Positions 1 through 15,600 of a DNA stretch of 64,000 nucleotides are shown here, in pieces. The position numbers and the translations under genes are program-made. The number at the start of each line of letters is the position of its first letter. Position 1 is the first letter of the stretch. Source of the stretch: Chrysomallon squamiferum (lineage: Eukaryota; Animalia; Mollusca); NCBI GenBank assembly GCA_012295275.1, contig CM022671.1, positions 5,580,001-5,644,000 on the forward strand. Reading direction: 5' to 3'. The notes below the pieces were generated by a model. That model was not told where the DNA came from, made no database searches, and worked only from the letters and a program-made list of their open reading frames with translations.

Positions 1-242
1 AGGGCCTCGAGAACACAGCGATACAAAGTGAATCTCGGCTCTGCTCAGACAATATCGCAGTTCACTGGGGCATGTCTGTCAGTGGCTTTGCGACAATGCC
101 GCCTCGCGGAGCCTGGAAGGAAACGGCGATATTCAGAAGAGTCTTCCAGCGAGACGCTGAACTCAAAACCTTCAGGTCGTTCCTGTCGCTCGCTGTAATT
201 GTCACATCTCCACATTAATTGGTTCACTAACGATTGGTTGAG

Positions 243-850
243 AAAACTCTCCGTAGGACAATAGTTAAAAAAAAAAAAACTACTGTACATGTATTTGGAA
301 TACTCTCCATACGACAGTAATGTAAACAGTTAAAAAGTAAAATATAGTATATGTATTTAAAATACTCTCCATACGACAGTAATGTAAACAGTTAAAAAGT
401 AAAATATTGTACATGTATTTGAATACTTTCCATCTGACAATAATGTAAACAGTTAAAATATAAAAAACACTTTATGTCCCTGTATATATTCTTAATATCT
501 CAACAACATTAAGTAGAATGTTTTATCTGTATTTAAAATACTCTCCATACAAATTGTAAACAGATAACAACTAAAATATTGTTTGTGTATACGGAAGAAT
601 CTTCATATGACAATAGTTAAAAAGAAAAATATTGTATGTCTCTTTAAAATATTCTTCATATCCTCAAACATCAATTTAATGCATTTAAATAGTCTTCATA
701 TAAAAAGTAAAATATTGTACATGTTTCTAAAACACTCTCCATAGGACAGTAATGAAATCAATTATTAACTAAAATATTGTATATATATTTAAAATACTCT
801 CTATGCTACCGTAATGCCAGCAGTTAAAACAATTAAATATTGTATATATT
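243..850. repeat. Degenerate ~62-bp tandem repeat
   Basis: TACTCTCCATACGACAGTAATGTAAACAGTTAAAAAGTAAAATA at 301 and 363, with decayed copies to ~850. Confidence 0.75.
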
Positions 851-1153
851 TTGGGGGGGGGGTTAAACTCCTAATACTATATGTGTTGTATGTATATTAG
901 AGACAGAGTCAAACAGACAGAGGACAAACGATCCATTAGTCCACCCATTTGAAAACAAATTCGTAAGAACAAATAGGACAATTTATGAAAATTCATCTGT
1001 TCCTAATTATTTCTTTTCGTGCACTATTTGCTTATCAGATTCTTCGATTTATTTACCCACCCATTCATATTTCACGATGCCAGATTAATAATCCATAATT
1101 AACCCTTACAACAAATCAAAATTACTGGTTTCTTTGATGGACAAGAAAAAAAA

Positions 1154-1189
<36 letters not shown>

Positions 1190-2637
1190 GAACAATCAAG
1201 AAGATTTCCTTGTAAATATCTAGGATTTCTTAAGAGGCAGAGGGAAATAGTGTGATGAAATGACTATATGTACATATATAGTGAGTATATATATCTATAT
1301 ATATTTAATAAAATAAAACAAACGCTCGATAACGGAAAAAGACACGACTGACATGCGCACGCCGGGTACAACAGACCCGAGTCTGAAATCGCGCTCGCGA
1401 CTTTTGGTCAGTGTATCGTGCGCTCTGACTTAAACCTGTCGATACTCTCCCCCAGTGTACGCCGATAGATTAACGCCGCGCTGTGGTGCACAAATCGAAG
1501 GCTACATTGTGTTCAACAATTGTACCTAATTGTAAAACAGTGTAGCTGAAGCACCCCGTGAACCGTACGCCACGTCACAATATTTACCGACAGTGTTTTC
1601 CAAACAACCGATCGAGATTTCGCCAAAGCTCTCGGCCAGAAATGAGCAAAGCCTGTCGGAGAAAGCCAGGTAAAAAGAAAACTGGCTGCAGATCGATTCC
1701 TCCAAGTCCTGTTTCTATTCTTCTTATTCACCTTTCATCCCACAATAAGTTCAAACCTGCATTTAAGTTCAATAAATTGTCGATCTGTCTCTCTCTTTTT
1801 TTTTTTTTTTTTTAGTGTAATGTATATTGTTATTATTATTATTATTTATTATTATTATCATTATTATTATTTATTTCACATATATAGATGCACAGATAGA
1901 TACAGACACATACACATATTACTATATCCATATACATTCATAGTTACATAATTACATACTTATATTCTTACACATACGTATATGCATAGATGCATACATA
2001 TACATACATACATACATACAGACAGACAGACAGACAGACAGAATATTCATTCCTAAATATATAGATAAATATCCCAGTAAACTGAAAAGCAAATGTTTAA
2101 ATAGTGATCCATGAAAGGTGCTTTATATTCATACAGAAAAAAAAAAAAAAAAAATAAATAAATAAATAATAATAATAAAGTAGAAAAAAAAAAAAAAAAG
2201 ACAAGAAAAGAAAGGAGGAGAAAAATGAAAAAGATGAAAGAAGAGCGATAAGTGAAAACCAGTCTAGAAGAATCTGTCAAATAAAGGTCAGGTAAAAGAT
2301 GTATTCGGCGATTACTGTTAATTAGAACCAGTCTAGTGGTTTCGTCTAAAACGCGGATAATGCAGAGGTTTACGCGCCACTTACTTAACGATTTCTTTAT
2401 GATCGACTCTCTTTCCAGTGATAACTCTTATTAACCCCATTTTGAAAATAACAAAATATAAATATCACTCGATAAACTTAAATGATAAACGGAGAATTTA
2501 ATTCGATGTAGTGAATGTTGCTTTATGCTGTGTAAAATATGTCAGTTTATTCAGTTTACTCAGTTACTGCATAGATCCTACTTGAAACATTATTACTACT
2601 ACCATTACTACAATAGCTACTGCTATAACTTCTACAA

Positions 2638-2641
<4 letters not shown>

Positions 2642-2729
<88 letters not shown>
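2642..2729. repeat. (GA)n microsatellite
   Basis: Perfect dinucleotide run. Confidence 0.95.
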
Positions 2730-2732
<3 letters not shown>

Positions 2733-3067
2733 TGCAAGTCATTCATCAATTTTGTATTAAACGTCTTAATTGGCAGCGAATAAAGAAACATCAACCCAGA
2801 CAGATCCCCACTGCGCAATTACGGAAATTAAACCGGAAGTAAGAGATCTGCTTGTTGGAAACTTGACTAACTGGTTTTCGACGACAACAATGCTTGCTGT
2901 CAGAAAGATGTTATTATCTGAAACTAGCAAAACGCAGATACGACATTCATCAACGTAGCGGGTTGACGTGTGTGTTTAGCAGTGGATGCTGACTACATTG
3001 TACAGCAGTAACCAGGCTCAAGTCTGTGACCCCGGGCTGTATTCCACATTCACCAACACATTTTAAT

Positions 3068-3560
3068 ATTACTACTGCTACTATTATCACCATCACAACC
3101 ACTACTATAGCTGTTACTGCTATTACTGCTACAACAACACAAGTTGCTACTACCACTGCTTCCACTACTACTGCTATTACTACTAGTACTTCTACTACTA
3201 CTACAGCTGTTACTACTACTACTGTTAAAACAACACAACAGCTACTACTACCACTAGTACTATTTCTACTATAGCTTTTCTACCACTGCTTATACTATTA
3301 CTATCACTTTTACCATTATTATAGCTACAGCTGTTTCTACTACTACTACTAATACTGCTACCACAATTATTACTACTACTTCTACCACTACTACTACTTC
3401 TACACCTCTCCTTTTACCACTAGTAATATTAGTACTACTGTTATTACTATCGCTACTACTGCTATTACACATACTTCTACTGCTACGATTACTCCAGCTA
3501 CTACTGCTGCCACTACTACTATAACTGTTCTATTAGTACTACTGATGATGCTACTGCTTA
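3068..3560. repeat. Cryptic (ACT)n-rich trinucleotide tract
   Basis: Degenerate ACT/ACC/ATT/GCT triplets. Confidence 0.85.
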
Positions 3561-3634
3561 GGATATAACCACCTGAATTGCGAGTATAACGTATACTGCA
3601 GATGGTAGTACGAAAAATACGAAGAGAAAAAAAA

Positions 3635-3673
<39 letters not shown>

Positions 3674-4557
3674 AAATCGATAACATCAACTGTATTGTCA
3701 CGGATTGAAAAGACATACATCAGAAGACTGCTTCAGTCACACGCACAAGGCAAAACCGCCATATTTTAATTCGTCACGGACGACAACCGTGTCAGAAAGG
3801 TCATGGTTGTTTTAAATTTGATATCGTGAAAAGTGCGGATACAACATTCCTCTGATACCGAAATCATTCAGCTTATCGCCGACCTTAATGAAGTTAGTTA
3901 CGCATGAGTAGTTTCATTGAAGTTGTTGTATAGTCAGGCGATGACAACAATATCGCTCTTATTGGAAATTTAGAGTAAATATATGTTTTAACAATTCTCT
4001 TGAACAGAACGCATTAGTTGTCAAGTATCAACAAACTGGCGAATATAAAATATTCAGTAAATCAGTGTTAAACAAAGAGAAATGCGGTGCTGCTGAAAAT
4101 AAATAACAAAATAACTGAAATTTAATAGAGCCACGGTAAATAAATATTTTGATTGCTAATCATGTTAATAGTCCATTCTCTGAGTCACGCTTACGTCTGC
4201 AGAAAGTCCAGACACTACTTCTGTATTTTGGATATATAAATATTCGAGACAGGGCTGATAATGTGAGTATGTTACACGGAGAGAAGAGATCACGTAACAG
4301 AGTAACATTTTCCACATCAACTGTGAAAGAGCCATTTATGTTAATTAGTTAGGTATTGTTGTGAAAGGGTTACTCTTACCGATAAGCGGTCTTCATTGAA
4401 ATTGTAAAAAACAAGACAGTACACCTCATCTTTTCTTTGCAGCTCTTCCTAGAATATTAAATATGCACTACTTTTTATAATACTCTCATGTGAAATGTAC
4501 AATAGATATGTATGAATGTCTCTAGGTATACAGGTTATATGTTTCATACATAAAGTA

Positions 4558-4566
<9 letters not shown>

Positions 4567-4604
<38 letters not shown>

Positions 4605-4761
4605 TGTGTGTGTGTATGTATATATATGAAATGTTTGTACGTATGTACGAACCTATTTTTCAGTGTATGTGCACGAGTCTATATGTGTGTGTTTTTTTAT
4701 GTATGTATGTATGTATGTATGTATGTATGTATGTATGTATGTATGTATGTATGTATGTATG

Positions 4762-4792
<31 letters not shown>

Positions 4793-4808
4793 GTATCTAT
4801 GTATGTAT
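4567..4808. repeat. (GT)n and (GTAT)n microsatellites
   Basis: Direct inspection. Confidence 0.9.
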
Positions 4809-7800
4809 CAAAGTTATATGTATTTGAATATATAAACACTGATTTGAATACTTAACTTAAACAAAAATACACACCACAGCTGCTTCTGTCTTTAACTCAA
4901 CCAGCGATACAATCAGCTGTCGTGTTTACAAACACACCTTTCACCGACACTACGTCAACGTCAACACCTGAGCCGCGGTCGTCATTATCACCCATCACAC
5001 ACACACAATATCAACTCGTCGTATACGTATTTGTTTCAGCACGTTGTTATCACCTTGCTCATCATACAGCTAGCCAGCTACCAGTCTTTTCAGTAAACGC
5101 GTGTAGTAACAGAGATAAGCAGTAACACAATAACCAGTCTACATGCACACCTCATGTTTGTAGATCAGTAGATAATGTTACTGTAAATACACTTTAGCAA
5201 TACAAAAATAAAAAAACAATCTCTTAGATGTGTATAGACTGTTTAGGGGTTTTGATAGTACAGTCATGTGTAGATTTATAACAATGATGATGATGATGAC
5301 GACGACGACGACGATGATGATGATGATAATAATAATAACAATAACAACAAAAAAACATTCACTTGTAGTATTAATAGAAATAACAACAACAACAGCAGTA
5401 TAATAATAATAATAATAATCATAATAAAACATTCACTTGTAAATATATTAAACTGTAAACGTTATCTATCACCATCACTAGAGTATAAAAAGAAAGAAAG
5501 AAAGAAAAAAAAGGTTACGAAACGTATATAGACCAAGCTGATGCCTCTTCAACTAGATACGAGTAGACGTTAATGTCAGACTTGTCTAGGTGATAGATGC
5601 AAGCTTTGAGAAAGAAAACTGTGTTAAGTTAAGAGATGATCAGCGACAGAAAGAGGTTAACAGTACACTGTATAGTTTAAATATACTGTTACGTACAAGC
5701 CTAAGTACAACAAAGATACGTGTCTACATACCTATGTACAAACACATATACATACATACATACACATACATACATACATACATGCATATATATATACATA
5801 CATACCTACATATATACATACATACATAAAAAAATACATACATACATACATAACAAAATACATACATACATACATATATACAAAAATACATAAATACATA
5901 CATACAGACATGCATATATATTATATACATACTTACAAACATCAAACATACAAACATACTTATATACTACATACATTTATACGTACAAACTAAGTAATAC
6001 ATGCATGCATATATTTTTTACATACATATATATACTCAAAAACGTTTTCACCTAAATATATCCAACAGAATCATATAAACAGGGACAAACGAACCTATTG
6101 AATGAAACAATTACAACAACAACAACATTAATAATAATAAGAAGAAGAAGAAGAAGTAGAAGAAGAAAAGAGATGAATCTTAGCACAAAGCCTAATAAAG
6201 AATCTGCAGTTATCAGTCAATTACTCATTAGTACCACATATAGATAAATAATAAATAAAACTAATAAATAAAAACAAACTTTTCGACTTAATGACACTAT
6301 TGATAATAATAAAAACCACGAGAAAGCTATAAAATCTCGTTTGATGAGACATTTTGCTAAGGATTTGTTCGATTGGTTAGTGTTGACAGTCTTTACCTTA
6401 TCGACTGGTTTGCTCTGGGTTCTTTGTTATCGGTTCTGTTTGCTAATTAAGATACACTTGTTAACATTGACTGGACTTTGTGAATATTTGGATGAGGAGT
6501 CAGTAACTGGCCGGCAGTCAGTTCTGTAATTACTGTATCCATAGTCTGTTGTCAAACACCAGTTTGAGTACCTGTCTGTGCATTAGCTGTACGTCTTACG
6601 CTCGCACAAGTATATTTTATAACAGTTTATAATATTTGATATACGGAGGATGCTATTAGTAACACTGTCCTTCTCATTCAGTATATGTCTAGTAATCTAT
6701 CTATCTAGCTCTCTACCTATTATATCTATCTATCTATCAAGTTATCTATCTAGCCCTCTACCTGTTATATCTATCTGTCTATCAAGTTATCTATCTGTCT
6801 ATCTATCTATATATCTGACTATCTCTCTAAGCCACTAACTAGCTCCGCACTGTACGAGGAACTCAACAGCATCTCACTTTAATAGGTGGACGAAGACGCT
6901 TTTAACCTCGCGACTGAGAAAATTAGGTTTAACGTCTGCTAAGAACACTCTGTCATCTGGTAATAATTCACGGAAAGCGTTTTCCCCTTAGTTTCGAGAA
7001 ATTTTGGTTATTATTATTTACGAGACAAGATGGCGTCTGGGGAAACTTGGTATCCGAGACAATTATTCGCTGTAAGCGGCGAGTCGAACACACGCATTGT
7101 ACAAGTTAGTGAACTGCATCAAGACATTCCCACACTGGGCTGCCTTCCAACATGAAGATCACTTTTAGACAGGACGCTTAAACAGCCACTTAGTGGAAGC
7201 GTATTCTAAAGTTTAAGACCTTTTAACTTTACCTTTTGCTATTAGTTAGCGATGCTACAGAGTCCCCTGGCGTTATTTGTTTTCTATAAGTTTATCTAGT
7301 TCACTTAACTTATAAATAGAGGTGATGTGATAGCCTTCCTTCCACTGTACTGATTCCCGTTCCAACTCGCAATCGTAAAGAGTAATGTACGATTTATTGT
7401 CTTTGGAAGCTTCATGTTCGTAGTTATTAAGGGATAATAATAAAAAAAAATAATTATAGCAAATGTACAATGGTGACTGAAAATCTGTTATTAATAATCT
7501 ACGATCAAGTCTGAAATATATACAGAAGAATGAAAAAAAAAAAAAAAAGCAAGAAAAGAAAGACACTCTAAGGTTTCTTCTCCATTGTTGGAAACAAAAT
7601 ATTAATTTTCGAGACAAATACGGAAGATATGAAGGAGATTTAGTTTACATCAGAAATAACGCTGCAGACATTTAAAAGTTTGAATATATCATAATATAAA
7701 GATCAAGGCAAAACGCGAAACAGAAAAATGTAAGTGGAGCTCTGACTGGATTGAGAAATAAGTAAAACGCTTTAGCGATCCAGAAAGGTTTTACCTGAAT

Positions 7801-8543
7801 GTTTCTTAATACGAAAACATGTTTAAAAATAATATCTTTGCTTGAAGGGAACTCCGTTGCATCAGGTACCTTGTTCATGTGAAAGTTGAGTGAACATTAA
7901 CTGCCCATCTCTCTCTAATAATTATTAAATTTGCGGATTGGTTTGATAACATCGTTTCTAAACAATTAACTGTTGTTGGGGAATATGTAATATTTGCATT
8001 AAACATCACACAGATAGAGTATTGTGTATTACTTAACAGAATATGTAATATCTAACTGGCCATTAAAGATAATACATACATGCAGTGAATTACTGTGTAA
8101 ATTAGGTAACATATATATATAATATATATATAATTACGGGTTACATCATTATAGTGTAATATATTTAATGTTCTAAATTCTAAGAACACTGCTCACGTGT
8201 TTGAAATATTGGATTATCATGAATAATGTTGTAATCTAAATTTGATATTGGGAATTCATAAATGAATGAATGAATGGTAGAACTGATAAAGGAAAGAATA
8301 AAGCTTCTAGAAGTAATTCAGCATTAACGTGTCATATTTAAATTATCAAGTACAGAATGTTCAAATGTGCGAGTGAATGATACTGAGCAACCTGGATCGG
8401 GAAATCACGTCATGACATCACGGAGGTAAACTGCATGCTACATGTAAGTGATAACGATATACAACCTACTGTAATTCTGTCTGAAGACAAATGATGAACT
8501 TAAATAAAACGAAAATTATCTATATCTGTCTATCTATCTATCC

Positions 8544-8577
<34 letters not shown>

Positions 8578-8619
8578 ATATATATACACATAAACAGAAG
8601 CTAACAGTAATAATAATAA

Positions 8620-8650
<31 letters not shown>

Positions 8651-10013
8651 AAGAAGAAGAAGAAAACAAAAAACCCCTGTAAAGACTGACAGTAAAATGA
8701 CAAAGGTGTTTTTCAGCTAAGTGTATGTGTTGTGTGTTATCGTAACGTACAGAGTATTGACTAAACACTTATCCATTTCACTGAACCGTGTCGAACGTCA
8801 ACACAAAACAACCCAAGTACTTCGTGTTCAGATCGAAACACGACACTTTTGGCCATTTTATCACAGTAAGTAACGTCGACACGTCGACACGCGTGCTGCA
8901 ATGTCGTCGATGCAGCAACAACGGTATCGATGTCGTGGTACTTACTTCAACATGGGTGCGTTTTAGACAGTAGCTGAAGATTGTTGAAAATGCTGTTATT
9001 ATTTCTTACAAAGGTCTTTGTGTGAACGTTAAAGTTTATCATTAGACCAATAAAAAACAAAAGTGCATTAACAGAAAGTAATGTATTTTGATGTTTTCGC
9101 TTTGAATATAACTATTTATACGATATTTTTTCTTCTTCCTCTTCTTTTTATTCTTATTCGAATTCGTTTTATTATTATTACGTATAAAATTATTATTAAT
9201 TTTTAATTTTTCAGTTTCGAATATATTTTCATTTCTTTACATATATTTTCAAGCCTTGGTTTGTTTCAAGAGTAACTGTTGGAACAGGAAAACACATAAT
9301 ATGTATTTAAACAATGCTTTAATGACATTCAGTAAGATAATCGATTGATTTCATCATTAAAAAGCAAAAAACCCCAACAACACTAAAACACTAAATGAAC
9401 ATAGTTAAAATAAAGTTTGATATTTATTAACAAAATTAACATCCCTTCATTAATTCATTGATCGTTCATTCATTCACTCATCCCTTCATTCATTCATTAA
9501 CTCTTTACTAAACACAAAAGACGTATTAAAGAGGCAACCTCTTTCATGCTTTATAAAGCCATCAAAAAAAGAGAGACAAATACGCTATTTGTCTTGGTTT
9601 TATTATTATTATTCATTTTAATGCTGAAATCAAATGTGTAAAGATGAGATGCAGTGAAAATTACAATGTGAATTACATTTGGGAATTTCTGTTTACTTTG
9701 CGACGTGACGTCCAAACGGAACCGATTGTCTCCGTATAAATCGCTGCGTGACGGGAATAAATTCCTCGGGAGTATTTTAACGTCTGATTAAGATTCAAAC
9801 TTGTACAAATGTAGCAATATGACTTCAAATTGGTTTTAGCAAAGAACTGCCAGACGGAGAGAAATCAGAGTTCATCAAAGAATCGCTTGTAGTTTTAAAA
9901 TGTTCAGCTTTATCTACTGAAATATCTCTTTGGTTTCCTAGGATCTGTCTCTCTCCGTTTCATTTAAAATCTGTCTCGCTGTCTCTCTCTCTTTCTTTGA
10001 TTTTGATCTCTCT

Positions 10014-10148
<135 letters not shown>

Positions 10149-12164
10149 CCCTCCCTATCCATCACTCCCTCCCCCGTCTCTCAATGCTACATAAACATTA
10201 TATTCTTTGAAACTGACGTATGTTACTATTGGATTTATAATCGCAGTTATTATTATTATTATTATTGGTGCACTTGATACACAAAAATAACGTCAATTCA
10301 TTATCTCATTAACTCTTTACCCAGTTCACAAGATGGTCATTTCGACCATCCAACAATCCCCTTTCATCGACCTTCCGACTACAACAGCCGCCACCACCAC
10401 AGTCGTTATCAGTTTCGGCTACTCCCACCAGCACTCCCGGACAAATACGGGATAGGCTCGACCCTCGGAACGACGATGTTTACCCCGCCGTTTCGTTACA
10501 CAGCGTCCTAATCAATAGGAACGTTAATTGCCATTGTGATCCTAATTCAACAACGACAGCGGCCAAAAACGCTGTCGTCTGTTTGACCTCTGATTAATAG
10601 TTTGCCTGCCTAATTGGTCGTTTCAAAGCATGTGATTACTGGAGACCATCGTCTTAATTATCGAAGCTTATTTCTCCGTCATTTGCCAGTTTACGTGTAC
10701 AAAGATCGAGACAATGGTATACGTCATTTCCTGTAATGACCGGTGTGCAGATTTTGGGTTCAGTATAGCAGTTATTGGCTGGTGTTTTCCGAACAATGGA
10801 TTGATAGCACAAATTACCTAGCAGATAAAACAGTTTGACTTATTTTTCAGCGACCATCTTGTTGTTGTCTGAAGACACTTAGTCAAAGCTTCATAACGAT
10901 AATTATCTATATAAAACCATTCACGCTGTTAATCAATTTTTTTGTAATTCTATGGAGGAATTAAGGAATGGCGTTTTGTAAATTCAAAATAATCGTAGAC
11001 TTTTGTGTTGTTGTTGTTGTTGTTTTAAGGAATATAAGAAGTGAAGATTTTTAATTGTATGATGATAAAAAATAAATAAATAAACAATATTTTTTCCTTA
11101 TCAGTTTGAAAAGTTTTATACTTTAATATTAATAAAGACAGATCGCAATCACTAATAAATATATCGAGCTTCTGTGTTTAAAAGTCTTTCTTAAAGAAAA
11201 TGCAATGAAAGTACAATGAAATAAAATATATATTTAATTAATTAATTACAAACTATATATATATAATAGTTAGTGGTGATCGAATATGTGTTTGTATTTC
11301 TGTTAATATACAGTGAGATTTATCACCACAGAATACCATTTAGTATCATCTGAAAATCAGAATATTGTTCGTTACTACACACTTATATATAATATGAGTG
11401 CATAGCTACCAAAATCATATTTATAACTTTCATAACGGTTTACAATACGATACAATGAAATATCATAGAATATCATACGATACGATACGACAGAATACCA
11501 TCCATCAGTACAAAATGTGATACGATAGGATACAACATTATTTCAATATGTGCTAATATCACCATGGTATTAAACCTGTACAGTATTAGGTCGTTAACGA
11601 TCAAAAATACCGTCCATTATTGCAGCATGTAACAGCTCTTCATATAATTTTCGAATCAGCCTAAAGCAGAGATACAAAGTGCTGTGATATTTACAGACTG
11701 TTACTGATGCACCGCTGACTCGAGTATTACTCGTGTTACTTACTGCCACACCGTGATCACCAGTCAATCAACTGGTTGTCAAACAAACCAGAAAATTGTC
11801 CATTATTTCAGGCCGTCGGCGTAAAGCGCAATAGTGGGCCAGTCTAATGAACCGGTTCGGTCTATCGAAATGGGTTGTCTGGGTAAAAGAATCGAGAATT
11901 TGAAAACTTATTTCGCAAAGCTGATATTCGGACCGTTGGTTTATGATGGAGATAAACAGATATTAAAGTTTATAACAACGTTGTGGGTTGTGTTTTGAAA
12001 CAGATTTTTTATATTTTTTTTTAGGAAAGAGTTGTTGCGCCAAATACATAAATTTAAAGACCTTCAAATAACGGTATCATCGTGCTGATGAGTATTTCTG
12101 TAGTTATAACAACAACAAAACTTTAGCACCGAACCATGATAATATGTATTTTTCTTAATTAAGT

Positions 12165-12605
12165 TATTACAATTACAATCACTGCTGCTACTATTGCTGC
12201 TGCTGCTGCAGCTGCTACTACTAATGATATTACTGCCAATGCAATCGCTACTACTACATCTACTACTACTGCTATTACCACTATTACTACTTTTATTTCT
12301 ATTACTACTTTTACTGCTATTACTGCTATTACTACTACTACTACTGCTACCACTACAACTACTACTACTGCTATTACTACTACTACTACTGCTGCTATTA
12401 CTACTCTAACGACTCCTAGTGCTACTACTGCTACCATTACAGCAAAAAGTACCAGAACTACCTCCACTATATTACGATTATTACTATTGCCATTCCTACT
12501 ATTTCTACTACCGCTGTCACTATTACTGTTACTAACTACTACTACTACTATCACCACTTCCATCATCATCACCACCACCACCACTACTTCTATTATTACT
12601 ACTTC
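12165..12605. repeat. Cryptic (ACT)n-rich trinucleotide tract
   Basis: Degenerate ACT/ACC/ATT/GCT triplets. Confidence 0.85.
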
Positions 12606-15600
12606 AAAATTTATTGCAGCAATTACTCTTTAATCGACATAAAATACAAAGCTGGGGAAAAGTAATCTGGGAACCCACACTATTTCCATCACTGGTATTT
12701 TTATCACCACTGTTTCCATCAATGGTACTTCCACCACCACTGTTTCCATCAGTAATATCTCTTCATTCTTCACCTACTTATAGCAAATTACAATGCCTTT
12801 TGTTTACTGTAGCTGAAGTTATTAACCTACGCGAGAAGCGCTTATATTGTGGTCGTTTTCGAGCCGTGTAATATAAGAAGATGTAAAATTCCTTCTCAAA
12901 GACACGTGGACAGAGCAAAGTATACCTGTCTGTTTGACTTCAGATCGAGTTTCTCTTTGTTCTGCTAAAAACCGTTACAAAGCGAGTGCGAACAGGTCGG
13001 GAGGCATCTCGTATTCGTTTTGTGGTAGAACGATAATTAAATTTTGTAAAACGGTAAGAAAAAGAAGTGCTGAAAGAACAATGTGATCGTGGTTACAAAG
13101 AGGATTATGACAGTGATGTTGATGGGTGGTAGATCTGTTCCGTTTGAAAAATAAGCATCATTATATACCATTCCAACTAGTGCTCCATTAAATAGTTTTG
13201 AAATATTTGGAGACTGTAAATGATTATGATGATGATGATGATGATAATAATAATAACAAAAACAACAACAGCAACAACAACAAAAATAATGCGACAACAA
13301 CAGTGATGATGATGGTAATTGATATTAAAAAAATTATTATTGCAGAAGTGATTTACAACACTGTGATGGAAGAAAATTATTTCATTTTCCCCCACAAACA
13401 TTATTTCCCATTCTAACTTGATCATTTTTATTTCTTCTTTCGATTCGGTCAAATATTATTAACCACTCCAGCCTGTTTTATTCTTCTCATTCTGTACAAC
13501 GAAATCAGTGAGAACATTACTAAGACATAAACAAACAGCAGACTAACTAACAAGGATGTTAAAACAGCCCGTCTAATTGGGAGCAGTTTGAAAAGGACAA
13601 AAGGCAGCGGATGCTTTTTGGTAAGCCAATCAAAATAGCCTAACCTCTGTTATCAGTAAGAAACAATTGCGACAATAGATACTAATCATGTTTATCTACA
13701 CGTCATACGCGCCAAGCCAGGTGTCGCGTGCTGTAAATACGTCGTACTTCGCATGTACAATCAAATTATGACGCCCACAGTCGCGGCGAAAGATTGCCCA
13801 CGACACGTGTATTTGTCTGTCTGGTAACACGTCACAAAACGTCATATTAACGTAAAACGTATGTAATGACAGCGATTAGAGATAAAAATAGTAACACATG
13901 CTTGTCGGTGGCTGGTCTGCCATCTGCCTCAATTTCCCATAGAGTCTATAAATGTTTGGGTCATGACAACAGGAAAACTTTGCTTTATTTCAGACACACA
14001 GAGTGTGGGCGGGTCGAAACCAGGCGGTCAGTCCGAACGGACCGATTTTTTAAGTCAGACGCTGGATTCCATTGGTTAGTTTTAGTTTAAAACAAATATT
14101 TTATAACTGATAACTGATACATTTTAAAAAACAAAAAGAAAAAGAAATGAAAAGAAAAAGCACCGATACAAAATACACTGTTATGAAAATGTGATGGTTT
14201 ATTTTGTTTCGTTTCGTTTCATTTTGTTTGTTTTGTTTCGCTTCGTTTCATTCTGTTTTATTTTGTTTTACAGCATCTAATTCAACCACGTCTTTCTTTT
14301 TTAGGGACGTTTAAAGCCCCGTAACTGAAAACATGTTTCTTCTCCAGCATTCTCAGAATAGTTAAATGTAATGAACTGATTCGTTGTTGTTACGTTTAGT
14401 TGACGCCAAGGACGAATGGTTCAAGACTACATTCAAAATTTCATTTGTTACCGTTTCTTCGTGTAACCGTTACTCCAATTTTCAAAATATTACAGTTATG
14501 ATCTTAACTGTGTGCATTCTATTAGATTGAGAATTTTTAGCATCATTAATATTAAGATATATTTTTTGAGATATATTAATTGTAAACTGAAGACTGAATT
14601 ATCACTATCCATCAGTACATACATAATACAAAGAGTAGAAATATATGTACTGCATACTTTATTTCTTTCTTTCGTTAGTTAACTAGTAGTTTTATTAATT
14701 AATTACTTAGATCACAAGTTATTTACTGATAAGCTACTCGTCCTCTTTTCACAAAGTAAAAACAAATATTTGAAAAAAACAAGATGTATGCAAATCAATA
14801 AAAAGATGGGCGTGGTAGTTCAGTGATTACATTAATTATCTACTCGTGTTTTATAATTACGTGTTTATTTATAAGTGTGTACGTGCTTGTGAAAAACGTA
14901 TAGGTGCAGACGGTAAAAGAAGTCACAAGTCACAAATGAAAGAAAGAAGAATGAATTATAGTGTTGAAATTGTTGTTTTCTTTTTTCTTTTTCTTTTTTT
15001 CGTTTTTAATTGTTATTTCCTTTCAGAATTCCACAGGCCTTTAGACAAATATGCAGCAATTGAAAACAAATTTAATTTAAAGCCATAGCCACATACTTTG
15101 TCCGTTAAATAAACATAGTTGTCTTTTTTCGTTTTCTTCAGTTTTGTCAAGATTCACTTTTTGTAATTATTACTTTTTTCAAAAACAAATAAACAAATAA
15201 ACAAGAGCTGTTTTGTTAATGGTAAAGAAATTGAAAAATAAACAATAAACAACAAGAACAAAAAATAATTAATGAATTGAAAACAATAATAATCGAAATA
15301 AAAACAAAAACAAGAAAACAATCAGCTCTTTTTTCCTGTTTAAAAAAAAAAAAAAAATAATAATAATAATAATAATAAAGCACCCACCAATGCTTTTAAA
15401 CCGTTTTATGCAACAAAATAAAATTATTCAAATATATACCTGTAAATATTTTTTTTTTTTACAAATATCTGCATACGTAATTTTCAAGATAAAATTTTCT
15501 GCTAATTATTTTAAGGATATAATTTTAAAGTAATTATATTAACATGTAAAAAGATTAATAATTTAAAATATTTTCAAAATTACAATAAAAGAAAATGATC

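Noticed and set aside
1513-1815. Overlapping 72-aa and 85-aa ORFs
   Set aside because: No recognisable domain, non-ATG starts, and the longer one runs into poly(T); more likely a regulatory island.
2280-2302. GTCAGGTAAAAGATGT resembles the 3' part of miR-8
   Set aside because: Seed AATACTG is absent, there is an extra A, and no hairpin partner is visible.
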